A DNA stretch of 64,000 nt from contig JBAOHF010000036.1 of assembly GCA_037046605.1 (NCBI GenBank), positions 59,043 to 123,042 of the forward strand, given 5' to 3'. Positions 9,551-22,732 of the stretch are shown here, piece by piece. The translations under genes and the position numbers were made by a program. Each line of letters opens with the position of its first letter. The stretch's first letter is position 1. This stretch comes from Nocardioides sp. (GTDB taxonomy: Bacteria; Actinomycetota; Actinomycetes; Propionibacteriales; Nocardioidaceae). The notes beneath the pieces were generated by a model that saw only the letters and a list, made by a program, of their open reading frames with translations, searched no databases and was not told where the DNA came from.

Positions 9551-10304
9551 GCAGTAGGAAGACGGCGAGGGCGGCCAAGCCCACGATCACGATGAAGGTG
9601 CGGTAGACGGTCTCGGGTAGCCGGCGACCGAACTTCGCCCCGATCTGGGCCCCGATCACCGAGCCGACCGCGATCAATCCGGCTATGCGCCAGTCCACCG
9701 GCGCGAGTACGACGAAGATCACCCCCGCCACGGTGTTGGCAACCGTCGCGAGCACGTTCTTGACCGCATTGAGCCGCTGCATGCTTTCACTGATGCCGAT
9801 TCCCATGATCGCCATGAGCAGCACACCCTGTGCCGCTCCGAAGTAGCCTCCGTAGATTCCGCACGCCAGCACTCCCGGCCAGACCCAGCCCGGGGTGGGG
9901 CGGTTCACGGCGTCGGGGTGATGCCGGTTCACCCACCGGGAGAGCGGTTTCTGCGCGATCACGAGGACCACCCCGAGCAGAATCAACGCCGGCACGATCG
10001 CGTCGAAAGCCCGCGACGGGAGCGCAAGAAGCAGCACCGCCCCGATGATCGAACCGATCATTGAAGCGGAGGCCAACGACAGCACCCGCTGCCGTTGGCC
10101 GGCCAGCTCCGAGCGAAACCCCAGGGCCGCCGATAGCGACCCCGGGGCGAGCCCGACGTTGTTGGACGCGTTCGCCACCACCGGCGGCACACCGAAGGTC
10201 ACCAAGGTGGAGAAGGTGATCAGCGTGCCCGCGCCGACGATGGCGTTGATGAACCCGGCACCGGCGCCGGCAAGGAAGACCAACGCCAGTTCGAGAGCCG
10301 ACAT
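9546..10304 (-). CDS. Sulfite exporter TauE/SafE (TSUP) family protein
   Basis: AGFINAIVGAGTL and YGGYFGAAQG repeats; hydrophobic. Confidence 0.9.
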   Translation of the reverse strand: MSALELALVFLAGAGAGFINAIVGAGTLITFSTLVTFGVPPVVANASNNVGLAPGSLSAALGFRSELAGQRQRVLSLASASMIGSIIGAVLLLALPSRAFDAIVPALILLGVVLVIAQKPLSRWVNRHHPDAVNRPTPGWVWPGVLACGIYGGYFGAAQGVLLMAIMGIGISESMQRLNAVKNVLATVANTVAGVIFVVLAPVDWRIAGLIAVGSVIGAQIGAKFGRRLPETVYRTFIVIVGLAALAVFLLR

Positions 10305-10317
10305 CTAGCCCCTGTTT

Positions 10318-11448
10318 TCAGGCCGGGGTATCGCCGTCGGCCGAAGCCTCCGCGCGATGCCGCTCGCCACCGACAACTGCATCCCCGCGACCCGAATGGC
10401 TAGCCTCCGCGGCGGCAGCCAATGCCTGCGCGACCGCGTCATCGGTGCGAGCCAACTCGGGGTCGGATGCGGGGTCGAGCGCGGTGGGTTTGCTAGCCCC
10501 CATGTCGACACGGACGCGCGGCCCGTCAACCTCCTTGGGAATCCCCGGCAGCGCACCGAGCGTCGATCCCAGGCCCTCGAGCGCGCGGCCGATCTCACTG
10601 GGGATGATCCACATCTTGTTGGCATCGCCCTCGGCGATCTTCGGCATCATCTGGAGGTACTGGTAGGCCAGCAGGGACTGGTCGGGCTGACCGTCGTGAA
10701 TGGCCTGGAAGACCGTCTGGATGGCTTGCCCTTCGCCTTGGGCGCGAAGGATGGAGGCCTCTCGGTCCGCCTGCGCACGCAGGATCTGCGACTCACGCTC
10801 ACCCTCGGCGTTGAGGATCGCCGACTGCTTGTTGCCCTCGGCGGTCAGGATCGCCGATTGCCGCTGACCCTCAGCGGTGAGGATCAGGGCTCGCTTATCG
10901 CGGTCGGCACGCATCTGCTTCTCCATGGCGTCCTTGATCGACGGAGGCGGATCGATGCCCTTCATCTCGACGCGGCTTACCCGGATGCCCCATTTGCCCG
11001 TGGCCTCGTCCAGCACGCCTCGCAAGCCGGTGCCGATCGCTTCACGCGAGGTCAACAACTGCTCGAGGTCCATGCCGCCGACGATGTTTCGCAAGGTGGT
11101 CTGGGTCAACTGTTCGACCGCAAGGATGTAGTTGGTGACCTCGTAGGTCGCGGCCACCGGGTCGGTCACTTGGAAGTAGAGCACGGTGTCGATGGAGACC
11201 GACAAGTTGTCCTTGGTCAGCACCGACTGGGGCGGGAACGAGACGACCTGCTCGCGCAGATCGACCATGTAGCGCAGTCGATCGATGAACGGCACCACCA
11301 CGTTGAGGCCCGCGGGCAAGGTCTCCTTGTACTTCCCGAAGCGCTCGACAACGCCCGCGCGTGACTGCGGGATGATGCGCACCGTCTTGGCCAACAGCAC
11401 CACGACGAAGAGCACCAGCAGCACGAGCAGTGCAGCGATGAATGGCAT
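10318..11448 (-). CDS. SPFH/band-7 (stomatin-like) membrane protein
   Basis: N-terminal TM, VVERFGKY, TTLRNIVG, MEKQMRADR, AILTAEG repeats. Confidence 0.93.
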   Translation of the reverse strand: MPFIAALLVLLVLFVVVLLAKTVRIIPQSRAGVVERFGKYKETLPAGLNVVVPFIDRLRYMVDLREQVVSFPPQSVLTKDNLSVSIDTVLYFQVTDPVAATYEVTNYILAVEQLTQTTLRNIVGGMDLEQLLTSREAIGTGLRGVLDEATGKWGIRVSRVEMKGIDPPPSIKDAMEKQMRADRDKRALILTAEGQRQSAILTAEGNKQSAILNAEGERESQILRAQADREASILRAQGEGQAIQTVFQAIHDGQPDQSLLAYQYLQMMPKIAEGDANKMWIIPSEIGRALEGLGSTLGALPGIPKEVDGPRVRVDMGASKPTALDPASDPELARTDDAVAQALAAAAEASHSGRGDAVVGGERHRAEASADGDTPA

Positions 11449-11500
11449 GCGGTCTCCTTAGTTGATCAACTCAGGACTCTCCCGAGAGGCGGGTTTCTCA

Positions 11501-11959
11501 CTACTCCAGTTCTGCGACCGGATGAACCAGCGCCGTAGCGCCGCGGATCTCGAAGATCTCAACGGTCTGCCCGGGCTCGATCACCAAGGACTCGTCGTAG
11601 GGCTGCGCCGACCAGTCCTCACCGGCGATGCGGATGCGCCCGGCCTCCTTGCCGGTGATCGCCAGCGTGACCTGAGCGCGCTGCCCGATCAGCTTCTGGT
11701 GGCCCACCTGGAAGTCGGGTCCGGCATGCAGCCGCTTGACCAGGCTGGGCCGGACCAACGCCAGCATCGCTACCGACGCGGCCGCGCCGAGCAACACCTG
11801 CGCGGCGAAGGGCAGGGCCAAGACGGCTGCCAACATGCCTACCACGGCTCCCGCCGCCAGCATCGCCAGAATCAGGTCGAGGCTGAACATCTCGGCCATG
11901 CCGAGCACGATCGCGATCCCCAACCAGGTCTGCCAGAGATGCTCGGTGAACCACTCCAT
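11501..11959 (-). CDS. NfeD family protein
   Basis: Hydrophobic N-half, OB-fold GRIRIAGEDWSA; adjacent to the SPFH gene. Confidence 0.9.
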   Translation of the reverse strand: MEWFTEHLWQTWLGIAIVLGMAEMFSLDLILAMLAAGAVVGMLAAVLALPFAAQVLLGAAASVAMLALVRPSLVKRLHAGPDFQVGHQKLIGQRAQVTLAITGKEAGRIRIAGEDWSAQPYDESLVIEPGQTVEIFEIRGATALVHPVAELE

Positions 11960-11968
11960 GGAGCGAGC

Positions 11969-12778
11969 CTAGTACTCCGGGCCCACGTGCCGGCTGGGAC
12001 GCCGTCGCGCGGCGTACCGGCCGTCGCTGTGCACCAACTGGAGCGCCATCTGGAAGGTTTCGGCCAAGGTCTCCTCGGTGAGGGTCTCCTCTATCGGTCC
12101 CGCGGCGACCACCTTGCCCTCTCGAAGCAGAAGGCAGTGGTCGAATCCCGGTGGAATCTCCTCGACATGGTGAGAGACGAGCACCGTCGCGGGCGAGCGC
12201 GGATCACGCGCCAGGTTCGACAACGTACCGACAAGATCTTCGCGTCCGCCTAGGTCGAGACCGGCAGCCGGCTCGTCGAGCAGGAGCAGTTCCGGATCGG
12301 CCATCAGCGCACGCGCCACTTGGACCCGCTTGCGCTCCCCCTCGCTGAGAGTGCCGAAGGTGCGGTCCGACAAGTGCGCTACGCCGACTTCGGTGAGCAG
12401 GGCGGCGGCGCGATGGTGATCCAGGGTGTCGTACTTCTCCGTCCACCTGCCCACCACGCCGTATGACGCCGACACGACCACGTCGCGGACGAGCTCACCA
12501 CGCGGGATCCGCTCCGCGAGCGCCGCACTGGTGATCCCGATGCGCGGGCGAAGCTCGAAAACATCGACCTTGCCCAAGACCTCACCGAGCACTGCGGCTT
12601 GCCCCGACGTCGGGTGCATCACCGCCGACGCGATCTGCAGCAGGGTCGTCTTTCCAGCCCCGTTAGGACCGAGAATGACCCATCTGTCGGCTTCGTCGAC
12701 GCACCAGTCGACCCCGGAAAGAAGTGTGTTGTGTCCCCGCCGCACGGTCACGTCGGTGAGTTCAAGGACTGCGACCAT
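11969..12778 (-). CDS. ABC transporter ATP-binding protein
   Basis: Walker A GPNGAGKT, LSEGE signature, LLLLDEP, SHH. Confidence 0.92.
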   Translation of the reverse strand: MVAVLELTDVTVRRGHNTLLSGVDWCVDEADRWVILGPNGAGKTTLLQIASAVMHPTSGQAAVLGEVLGKVDVFELRPRIGITSAALAERIPRGELVRDVVVSASYGVVGRWTEKYDTLDHHRAAALLTEVGVAHLSDRTFGTLSEGERKRVQVARALMADPELLLLDEPAAGLDLGGREDLVGTLSNLARDPRSPATVLVSHHVEEIPPGFDHCLLLREGKVVAAGPIEETLTEETLAETFQMALQLVHSDGRYAARRRPSRHVGPEY

Positions 12779-12817
12779 GGCACGCAGCCTAACTGGGCGC
12801 GATACCGTGTCGCCGCC

Positions 12818-14071
12818 ATGTCTGAGCGTCAGTCTCCCACCGGGTCGGCTAGCACCGACTCCCCCGAGCCGAACACCGTCCTTCTCACCCTCAATGGGTG
12901 GGACCGGCCCGGCGTCACCTCGCTGCTACTGCAGACGCTCGCCGGATTCGGGGTGGAGATCGTCGACATCGAGCAGATCGTGCTGCGCGGCCGACTCATC
13001 CTGGGCGTGCTGGTGACCTCTCCGCGAGACGAGCGTCCGCTGCGCAAGGCGGTGACGGCGGTCGCCGACCAACTCGAGATGTCCCTGCAATGGGATCCCG
13101 GGCGGGGAGACAACCTCGGCCGAGCCACGGGACGCTCACTGGTCACGTTGATCGGCTCACCGCTGCGTGCCGCCGAGATGGCCGCCATTGCGGGGCGGAT
13201 CGCGGACACCGGCGGCAACATCGACCGGATCGAGCGGATGGCCCGGTATCCGGTGACCGCGATTCAACTGAACGTGTCGGGCACCGACCCGAGCACCCTC
13301 AGGACCGTGCTGGCCCAGGAAGCCTCGCAGTGGCCTTGCGACGTCGCGGTCCAGCGCGCCGACGTCACCCAGCGGGGCGCGCGACTCCTGGTCATGGACG
13401 TGGACTCGACCCTGATCCAGGGCGAGGTCATCGAGATGCTCGCCGCGCACGCCGGCTGCGAGGACGAGGTCGCCCGGATCACTGAAGCGGCCATGCGCGG
13501 GGAACTCGATTTCGAGCAATCCCTGCGCCAACGCGTCCGGCTGCTCGCAGGTGTGCCGGAGAGTGCTCTGGACGATGTCTACGACCAGGTGGTGCTGACC
13601 AAGGGAGCACGGACGCTCGTGCGTTCCCTGGCTAGGCTCGGCTACCGCTTCGCGCTCGTCTCCGGCGGATTCACGCCGATCGTGCAGCGCATCGCCGATC
13701 GACTGGGGATCCACCATTGCCGGGCCAATGACCTGGAGGTGGTGGACGGCAAGCTCACCGGAGAGATCGTGGGCGACGTTGTCGATCGAGCCGGCAAGGC
13801 CACCGCTTTACGGGAGTTCGCCGCCTTGGAGGGACTGCCGCTGAGCGCGACGGTCGCCATCGGCGACGGTGCCAACGACCTGGACATGCTGGCCGCAGCC
13901 GGCCTGGGCATCGCCTACAATGCAAAGCCCGTGGTGGCACGCGCCGCCGACACAGCGGTCTCGGTGCCGTTCCTCGACCCGATCCTCTACCTGCTTGGCA
14001 TCACCAGGGAGGAGATCGAAGCAGCGGACGCGGATGCGGGGGTTGCTACTCCGGCCCCTCGGCTGGGGTGA
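12818..14071 (+). CDS. serB: Phosphoserine phosphatase with ACT domains
   Basis: Two ACT-like domains, HAD motif MDVDSTL, VSGGF, GDGANDL. Confidence 0.93.
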   Translation: MSERQSPTGSASTDSPEPNTVLLTLNGWDRPGVTSLLLQTLAGFGVEIVDIEQIVLRGRLILGVLVTSPRDERPLRKAVTAVADQLEMSLQWDPGRGDNLGRATGRSLVTLIGSPLRAAEMAAIAGRIADTGGNIDRIERMARYPVTAIQLNVSGTDPSTLRTVLAQEASQWPCDVAVQRADVTQRGARLLVMDVDSTLIQGEVIEMLAAHAGCEDEVARITEAAMRGELDFEQSLRQRVRLLAGVPESALDDVYDQVVLTKGARTLVRSLARLGYRFALVSGGFTPIVQRIADRLGIHHCRANDLEVVDGKLTGEIVGDVVDRAGKATALREFAALEGLPLSATVAIGDGANDLDMLAAAGLGIAYNAKPVVARAADTAVSVPFLDPILYLLGITREEIEAADADAGVATPAPRLG

Positions 14072-14585
14072 AGTAGCCCACCAACCGGCCGGAAAAGCCG
14101 TCCTTCCACGCCCCCGAGCCCTCGAAGACGGTGACGGTGCCCGGGGGGTAGCCGCGGGTCAGGGCGGCGGCCGCCTCGGGCTCTCCTTCTCCGTCCTGGA
14201 GTAGCTGGGCGAGCTGGGCGATCAACGGGTTGTGGCCGACCACGACGAGCAGCTCCACGCTGTCGTCGGTACCCTCGATCAGGTCCAACACCGTGGTGTA
14301 TTCCCCGCCGTACAAGGCGTAGTCGAAGTCTGCAACGTCCGCTGACCAGCCCGCGGCCTCGGCAAGGTGGACCCAGGTCGCCCGGGTGCGCTCGGCGGTC
14401 GAGACGAGCGCCCGATCTGGCCGGCGACCATCCAGCAGGCGTGCCAGCCAACGGCCGGTCTCAGCGACCTCGTGCCGTCCACGCTCGGTGAGCTTGCGTT
14501 GGGTGTCGGTGCCGGCCATGGATTCGGCTCGGCCGTGTCGGATCAGGACCAGGAGGCGCTCAGCGGTCACCGGAGGGTTCTGCAC
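14046..14585 (-). CDS. SixA-like histidine phosphatase
   Basis: RHG motif, R.LT.RG, S.A.RT..T, VVGHNP. Confidence 0.85.
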   Translation of the reverse strand: MQNPPVTAERLLVLIRHGRAESMAGTDTQRKLTERGRHEVAETGRWLARLLDGRRPDRALVSTAERTRATWVHLAEAAGWSADVADFDYALYGGEYTTVLDLIEGTDDSVELLVVVGHNPLIAQLAQLLQDGEGEPEAAAALTRGYPPGTVTVFEGSGAWKDGFSGRLVGYFTPAEGPE

Positions 14586-14618
14586 GGACCCACTTTGTCA
14601 GCAGATAACCTCCCTGTC

Positions 14619-15575
14619 ATGCAACCGGGCCCCTTGATGATCATCGGCGGCGCGGAGGACAAGCTGGGCAAGCGCACCATCCTCAAAGAGTTCGTCGCGG
14701 CAAGCGGCGGACCGGAGGCCCGGATCGCTGTCATCCCCACTGCGTCCTCCCTCGGCAACGAGGTCGTCGATCTGTACGACGCGCTCTTCCGCCGGCTCGG
14801 AGCGGCCGAGGTCTTCGCCGTACGACCGGAGAGCCGCGACGACGCACACCGCGACGGCCTGGTCGAGGCACTCAACGGCGCGACCGGCATCTTCATGACC
14901 GGTGGCAACCAACTGAAGCTCTCCGGCGTCGTCTGCGGCACTCCGTTGGGTGAGGCGATCTTGGCAGCGCATGCGCGCGGCGCCGTGGTGGGCGGCACGT
15001 CGGCGGGCGCCAGCATCCAGTCCAGCCACATGGTCGCCTTCGGCACCGGTGGTGCCACGCCCAAGCAACGCATGACCCAGGTCTCGGCTGGTCTCGGTCT
15101 GGTCCGATCCGCGGTCATCGACCAGCACTTCGATCAGCGCAACCGCTACGGCCGATTGCTGATGATCGTGTCGCAGTCACCTCAACTGCTCGGGATCGGC
15201 GTCGACGAGGACACTGCCGCCATCGTCGAAAAGCGCGACGGGCACGAGGTCCTGAACGTGATCGGTCGGGGCGCTGTCACGGTGTTCGATCCCTCTCGAA
15301 TCGTCACCAACGCCCACGATGCCACGCGTTCCTCCCCGCTGCTCGCCAGCGGCGTCATCCTCCATACCTTGCCAGCCGGCACGGCCTTTGACCTGACCGA
15401 CCGCTCGCTCATCCACCGGCCGGCGCGAAGCGAGGACCAAGCTCTTGCCGAACGGGTCGATGCACAGCACGATCTGCACCAAGTGGCGCGCGACGTGGCC
15501 GCGGCGGATGTCTCGCCGACCGTTCTGCGTCGCCGTCTTGCCCGCACCAGCCGCCGCCGTCCCCAAGGAAAGTGA
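14619..15575 (+). CDS. cphB: Cyanophycinase (peptidase S51)
   Basis: IIGGAEDK, IPTAS, FMTGGNQ, GTSAGA catalytic Ser, IDQHF.QRNR.GR, GVDEDT; TAACCT -10 before the ATG. Confidence 0.93.
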   Translation: MQPGPLMIIGGAEDKLGKRTILKEFVAASGGPEARIAVIPTASSLGNEVVDLYDALFRRLGAAEVFAVRPESRDDAHRDGLVEALNGATGIFMTGGNQLKLSGVVCGTPLGEAILAAHARGAVVGGTSAGASIQSSHMVAFGTGGATPKQRMTQVSAGLGLVRSAVIDQHFDQRNRYGRLLMIVSQSPQLLGIGVDEDTAAIVEKRDGHEVLNVIGRGAVTVFDPSRIVTNAHDATRSSPLLASGVILHTLPAGTAFDLTDRSLIHRPARSEDQALAERVDAQHDLHQVARDVAAADVSPTVLRRRLARTSRRRPQGK

Positions 15576-15582
15576 GCACAGC

Positions 15583-18342
15583 ATGACTGTTCGTCCCGAG
15601 CCGGATCTCACCATCGAGGAAACCCGGGTCTACCGAGGGGCGAACATCTGGTCCTACGACCGCGCGATCCACCTCGTCGTTGATCTGGGCGTCCTGGAAG
15701 AGTTCCCCACCCACCTGCTGCCGGGCTTCAGCGACAATCTGCTCGGCGCACTGCCCGGACTGCGGGAGCACTCCTGCTCGCGCGGACGCCGCGGTGGATT
15801 CGTCGAGCGCCTCCAAGAAGGCACCTGGCTGGGCCATGTCACCGAGCATGTGGCGCTGGCGCTCCAGCAAGAGGTGGGTCACGACATCCGCCGGGGCAAG
15901 ACCCGCCAGGTCAAGGGGGCGACGGGTCGCTACAACATCATCTACGGCTACGTCGACGAGCAGGTCGGGTTGGCCGCCGGCCGCCTGGCCGTGCGGCTGG
16001 TCAACCATCTGGTGCGCGCCGACCCCGAATTCGACTGGGAGTCCGAGCGCGAGAGCTTCATCCTGCGGGCCGAACGGACGGCCTTCGGACCCTCCACCCA
16101 GGCGATCCTCGACGAAGCGGTTTCGCGCGATATCCCCTGGATCCGGCTCAACCAGTACTCCTTGGTCCAGCTCGGCCACGGTGCCCACGCCAAGCGCATC
16201 CGCGCCACGATGACTTCCAACACCTCATCCATTGCCGTCGACGTGGCCTCCGACAAGGACCTGACCACGACCCTGCTCGCGGCCGCTGGTCTGCCGGTCC
16301 CGTCCCAAGACTCGGTACGCACCGCCGACCAAGCGGTCCGCATCGCCGAACGCATCGGATACCCCGTCGTGGTCAAGCCGCTCGACGGCAACCACGGTCG
16401 CGGGGTCTGCCTCAATCTGCAGTCGGCCGACGAGGTTCGCGAAGCGTTCGTGGTGGCCCAGGACCAGTCCCGCCGAGGTTGGGTCATCGTGGAGAGCTTC
16501 ATCACGGGCAAGGATTACCGCTGCCTGATCATCGGCGGCCGGATGGTCGCCATCGCGGAGCGGGTTCCCGCGCATGTCGTGGGAGACGGAACCTCTTCGG
16601 TGCAACAACTAGTCGACGTCACCAACGCAGACCCGCGGCGTGGCGTCGGCCACGAGAAGGTGCTGACCCGGATCAAGATCGACGAAGCAGCGCTGGAGAT
16701 CCTGGCCGACCAAGGACACACCCTCGACTCGGTTCCGTCCGAAGGCGAGATGGTCAAGCTTGCGCTCACCGGCAACATGAGCACCGGCGGCATCAGCATC
16801 GACCGCACCTATGAGGCGCATCCGGAGAACGTCGAGATCGCCGAGGAGGCGGCTCGGATGATCGGGCTCGACATTGCCGGCATCGATTTCATCTGCCCCG
16901 ACATCACCGAACCAGTTCGGGAGACCGGTGGCGCGATCTGCGAAGTGAACGCCGCACCCGGCTTCCGGATGCACACCCACCCCACCATCGGGGAGCCACA
17001 GTTCATCGCCAAGCCCGTCGTCGACATGCTGTTCCCGCCCGGGTCGCAGAGCCGGATCCCGATCGTGGCGGTCACCGGCACCAACGGCAAGACCACGACC
17101 TCGCGGATGATCAGCCACATCTTCAAGGGCATGGGGCGCAAGGTCGGGATGACGTCCACCGACGGTGTGGTCATCGATGAACGCCTGGTGATCAAGGCCG
17201 ATGCCTCCGGTCCACGCTCGGCGCGCATGGTCTTGCAGAACCCCCGCGTCGATTTCGCGGTGTTCGAGGTCGCTCGCGGCGGCATCCTGCGCGAAGGCCT
17301 CGGCTACCAGCGCAACGACGTCGCGGTCGTGCTCAACGTCGCGCCGGACCACCTTGGTCTGCGTGGCATCGACACCGTCGAACAGTTGGCCGATGTGAAA
17401 GCCGTCCTGGTCGAAGCCGTTCCGCGCGATGGCCACGCCGTCCTCAACGCCGACGACCCGTTGGTGCGGGAGATGCGCCGGCGCTGCTCGGGAGAGGTCG
17501 TCTGGTTCTCTATGGCCGAACCCGGCTCCGAGGTGCGCGAGATGATCGACGCCCACTGCCGTCGCGGTGGCAAGGCGCTGGTGCTCAATCCTTCCGATCG
17601 CGGCGAGATGATCGTGGTCAAGCACGGCCCCCGGGAGATGCAGCTCGCCTGGACCCACCTCCTACCGGCAACCTTCAAGGGCCGGGCACGAATGAACGTC
17701 CAGAACGCATTGGCCGCCGCAGGGGCCGCCTTCGCCGCTGGCGCACCGCTGCACGACATCCGGCAAGGTCTGCGGTCCTTCTCGACCAACTACTACCTGG
17801 CTCCCGGACGGCTGAACGAAGTCGAGGTGAACGGCGTCAACGTCATCGTCGACTACTGCCACAACGCCCCAGCGATGCGGCTGCTCGGCGACTTCGTGGA
17901 CCGGGTCGGTGAAAGCCTCAGCTCCTCCCATGAGTTCGGGAAGGCCTCGCGGATCGGAGTGATCGCCACGGCCGGCGATCGCCGCGACGAGGACATGCAC
18001 GAACTCGGGGCGGTGGCTGCCCAGCACTTCGACGTACTCGTCGTACGTGAGGATGCCTCCCTGCGCGGACGTCAGCCCGGCGAGGTTGCCGCCCTGGTGG
18101 CCGCTGGGGCGCGAGACGGCATGGAGCAAGGTGGGCGCTGCAAGCAGCTGGAGATAGTCCCCGACGAGATCGAGGCCATGCGGCATGCGATGGCTCGGGC
18201 CAACGCCGGTGACCTGGTCGTGATCTGTGTCGACAACCATGCCCGCGTGATGTCGGAACTGGAGGAGCAGACCCAGCAGGCCCAGGCCGGCTCGGAGAGC
18301 CCCACCCCCCTGGCCGATCCGGACTACTACCAGCCCAGCTGA
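15583..18342 (+). CDS. cphA: Cyanophycin synthetase CphA1 (N, ATP-grasp and Mur-ligase domains)
   Basis: RGANIW; N-domain C-x19-HxxEH; GPSTQAI; VVKPLDGNHGRGV; EVNAAPGFRMH; GTNGKTT; EVARGG; DHLG; DYCHN; GDRRD. Confidence 0.96.
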   Translation: MTVRPEPDLTIEETRVYRGANIWSYDRAIHLVVDLGVLEEFPTHLLPGFSDNLLGALPGLREHSCSRGRRGGFVERLQEGTWLGHVTEHVALALQQEVGHDIRRGKTRQVKGATGRYNIIYGYVDEQVGLAAGRLAVRLVNHLVRADPEFDWESERESFILRAERTAFGPSTQAILDEAVSRDIPWIRLNQYSLVQLGHGAHAKRIRATMTSNTSSIAVDVASDKDLTTTLLAAAGLPVPSQDSVRTADQAVRIAERIGYPVVVKPLDGNHGRGVCLNLQSADEVREAFVVAQDQSRRGWVIVESFITGKDYRCLIIGGRMVAIAERVPAHVVGDGTSSVQQLVDVTNADPRRGVGHEKVLTRIKIDEAALEILADQGHTLDSVPSEGEMVKLALTGNMSTGGISIDRTYEAHPENVEIAEEAARMIGLDIAGIDFICPDITEPVRETGGAICEVNAAPGFRMHTHPTIGEPQFIAKPVVDMLFPPGSQSRIPIVAVTGTNGKTTTSRMISHIFKGMGRKVGMTSTDGVVIDERLVIKADASGPRSARMVLQNPRVDFAVFEVARGGILREGLGYQRNDVAVVLNVAPDHLGLRGIDTVEQLADVKAVLVEAVPRDGHAVLNADDPLVREMRRRCSGEVVWFSMAEPGSEVREMIDAHCRRGGKALVLNPSDRGEMIVVKHGPREMQLAWTHLLPATFKGRARMNVQNALAAAGAAFAAGAPLHDIRQGLRSFSTNYYLAPGRLNEVEVNGVNVIVDYCHNAPAMRLLGDFVDRVGESLSSSHEFGKASRIGVIATAGDRRDEDMHELGAVAAQHFDVLVVREDASLRGRQPGEVAALVAAGARDGMEQGGRCKQLEIVPDEIEAMRHAMARANAGDLVVICVDNHARVMSELEEQTQQAQAGSESPTPLADPDYYQPS

Positions 18343-18376
18343 CCTGCGGCTCGGGCCGACCAGAGCCGCTGGCGAG

Positions 18377-20928
<2,552 letters not shown>

Positions 20929-21034
20929 GCCCTGCTCCTGTCTCATGTTCTGTCCGTGCGTCCTGGGTTCTCCCGGGACGTTGTGTCAGGCGGTGTCGCG
21001 ATGGCCACACCGGAGTGCGCTGCGCGGACGTGGG

Positions 21035-21770
<736 letters not shown>

Positions 21771-21841
21771 GGGGAGACGCTATCGAGTCCGTCGTACCGG
21801 CGCGAGCACGTCCGCCCGACGACACGCGCCGGGGTGAGCGA

Positions 21842-22054
21842 CTATTCGTCCTCCAACCGGAAGCCGATCTTCATGCCCACCTGGAAGTGCTCGATCTGGC
21901 CGTCCTTCACCTGGCCACGGATCTGGGTGACCTCGAACCAGTCCACATGGCGCAACGTCTTGGCGGCACGCTCGACAGCGTTGCGCATGGCTTGGTCGAC
22001 GCCGTCTGGCGACGTGCCGACGATCTCGGTGACACGGTAAGTGCGGTTGCTCAC
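21842..22054 (-). CDS. Dodecin (flavin-binding)
   Basis: 70 aa, TYRVTEIVGTS...WFEV..IRG...FQVGMKIGFRLE; SD GAGGAG. Confidence 0.93.
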   Translation of the reverse strand: MSNRTYRVTEIVGTSPDGVDQAMRNAVERAAKTLRHVDWFEVTQIRGQVKDGQIEHFQVGMKIGFRLEDE

Positions 22055-22177
22055 GTCTACTCCTCGCGTTGGACTGGTCCGCCGATCGTAGGTCAGTAGC
22101 GATCCCCCCGCCTCACGACGAGACGCCCAGCTCGTCCGGTGAGGGTTGATCGCGGGTGGGGTGGCACCATGGGAACC

Positions 22178-22474
22178 GTGTTGCGAAGTCGTCGCGAGGA
22201 TTCGGCCGTCCGGATCACCAGCGCTCGGACCGGGCGTGAAGCAGACCTGGCCCAGCGGCAGCGGCGCTACCTGATTTCGATGGCGATCCGGGTGGCGTGC
22301 TTCCTTGGGGCGGTGGTGGTCGGGCCGGGTTGGCTGCGCTGGGTGCTCTTCGTTGGCGCCGCTGTGTTGCCCTACATCGCCGTCGTGATCGCGAATGCCT
22401 CCGACCAGCGCCATGACCCGTTCAGCCCCGAAACCCCCGACTATCTGAAGCGACAGCTCCCCTCGGGGCAGTGA
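22178..22474 (+). CDS. DUF3099 domain membrane protein
   Basis: RITSA, RQRRYLISMAIR..CF, LPYIAVVIANA; start chosen from the CACCAT -10 (alternatives 22139 and 22169). Confidence 0.85.
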   Translation: MLRSRREDSAVRITSARTGREADLAQRQRRYLISMAIRVACFLGAVVVGPGWLRWVLFVGAAVLPYIAVVIANASDQRHDPFSPETPDYLKRQLPSGQ

Positions 22475-22576
22475 CTCGAATCGGCTGACCCCGTGTCCTC
22501 GCTAACGGTCGAAAACAGACCAATCTTTCGGAACTTAGACTCTTCCAACCGTGCCGCGAGGGTGCCAGAATCGGGC

Positions 22577-22660
22577 GACGCGAGTTCAGCATCCCCCGTC
22601 TGAGTTCGCAGCGAGTAGTGCCGGGCGGTCCCCCCCGTGATCGTCCGGCACTGCCTATTT
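22577..22660 (+). ncRNA. 6C-like small RNA (two hairpins with C-rich loops)
   Basis: Stem 1 is 22580-22589/22600-22609 with loop CATCCCCCGT. Stem 2 is 22615-22630/22639-22654 with a 7-C run, followed by CTATTT. An extended -10 TGC-CAGAAT lies at 22563-22571. Confidence 0.72.
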
Positions 22661-22702
22661 CGGGACTGCCAGATTTTCGGCACTGCCTATTTCAGGACTG
22701 CC
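22646..22702. repeat. Degenerate 15-17 bp tandem repeat of the sRNA 3' end
   Basis: CGGCACTGCCTATTT / CGGGACTGCCAGATTTT / CGGCACTGCCTATTT / CAGGACTGCC. Confidence 0.85.
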
Positions 22703-22732
22703 GTCTCGGGGCGGGACCCTCGGGAGCTCCCC

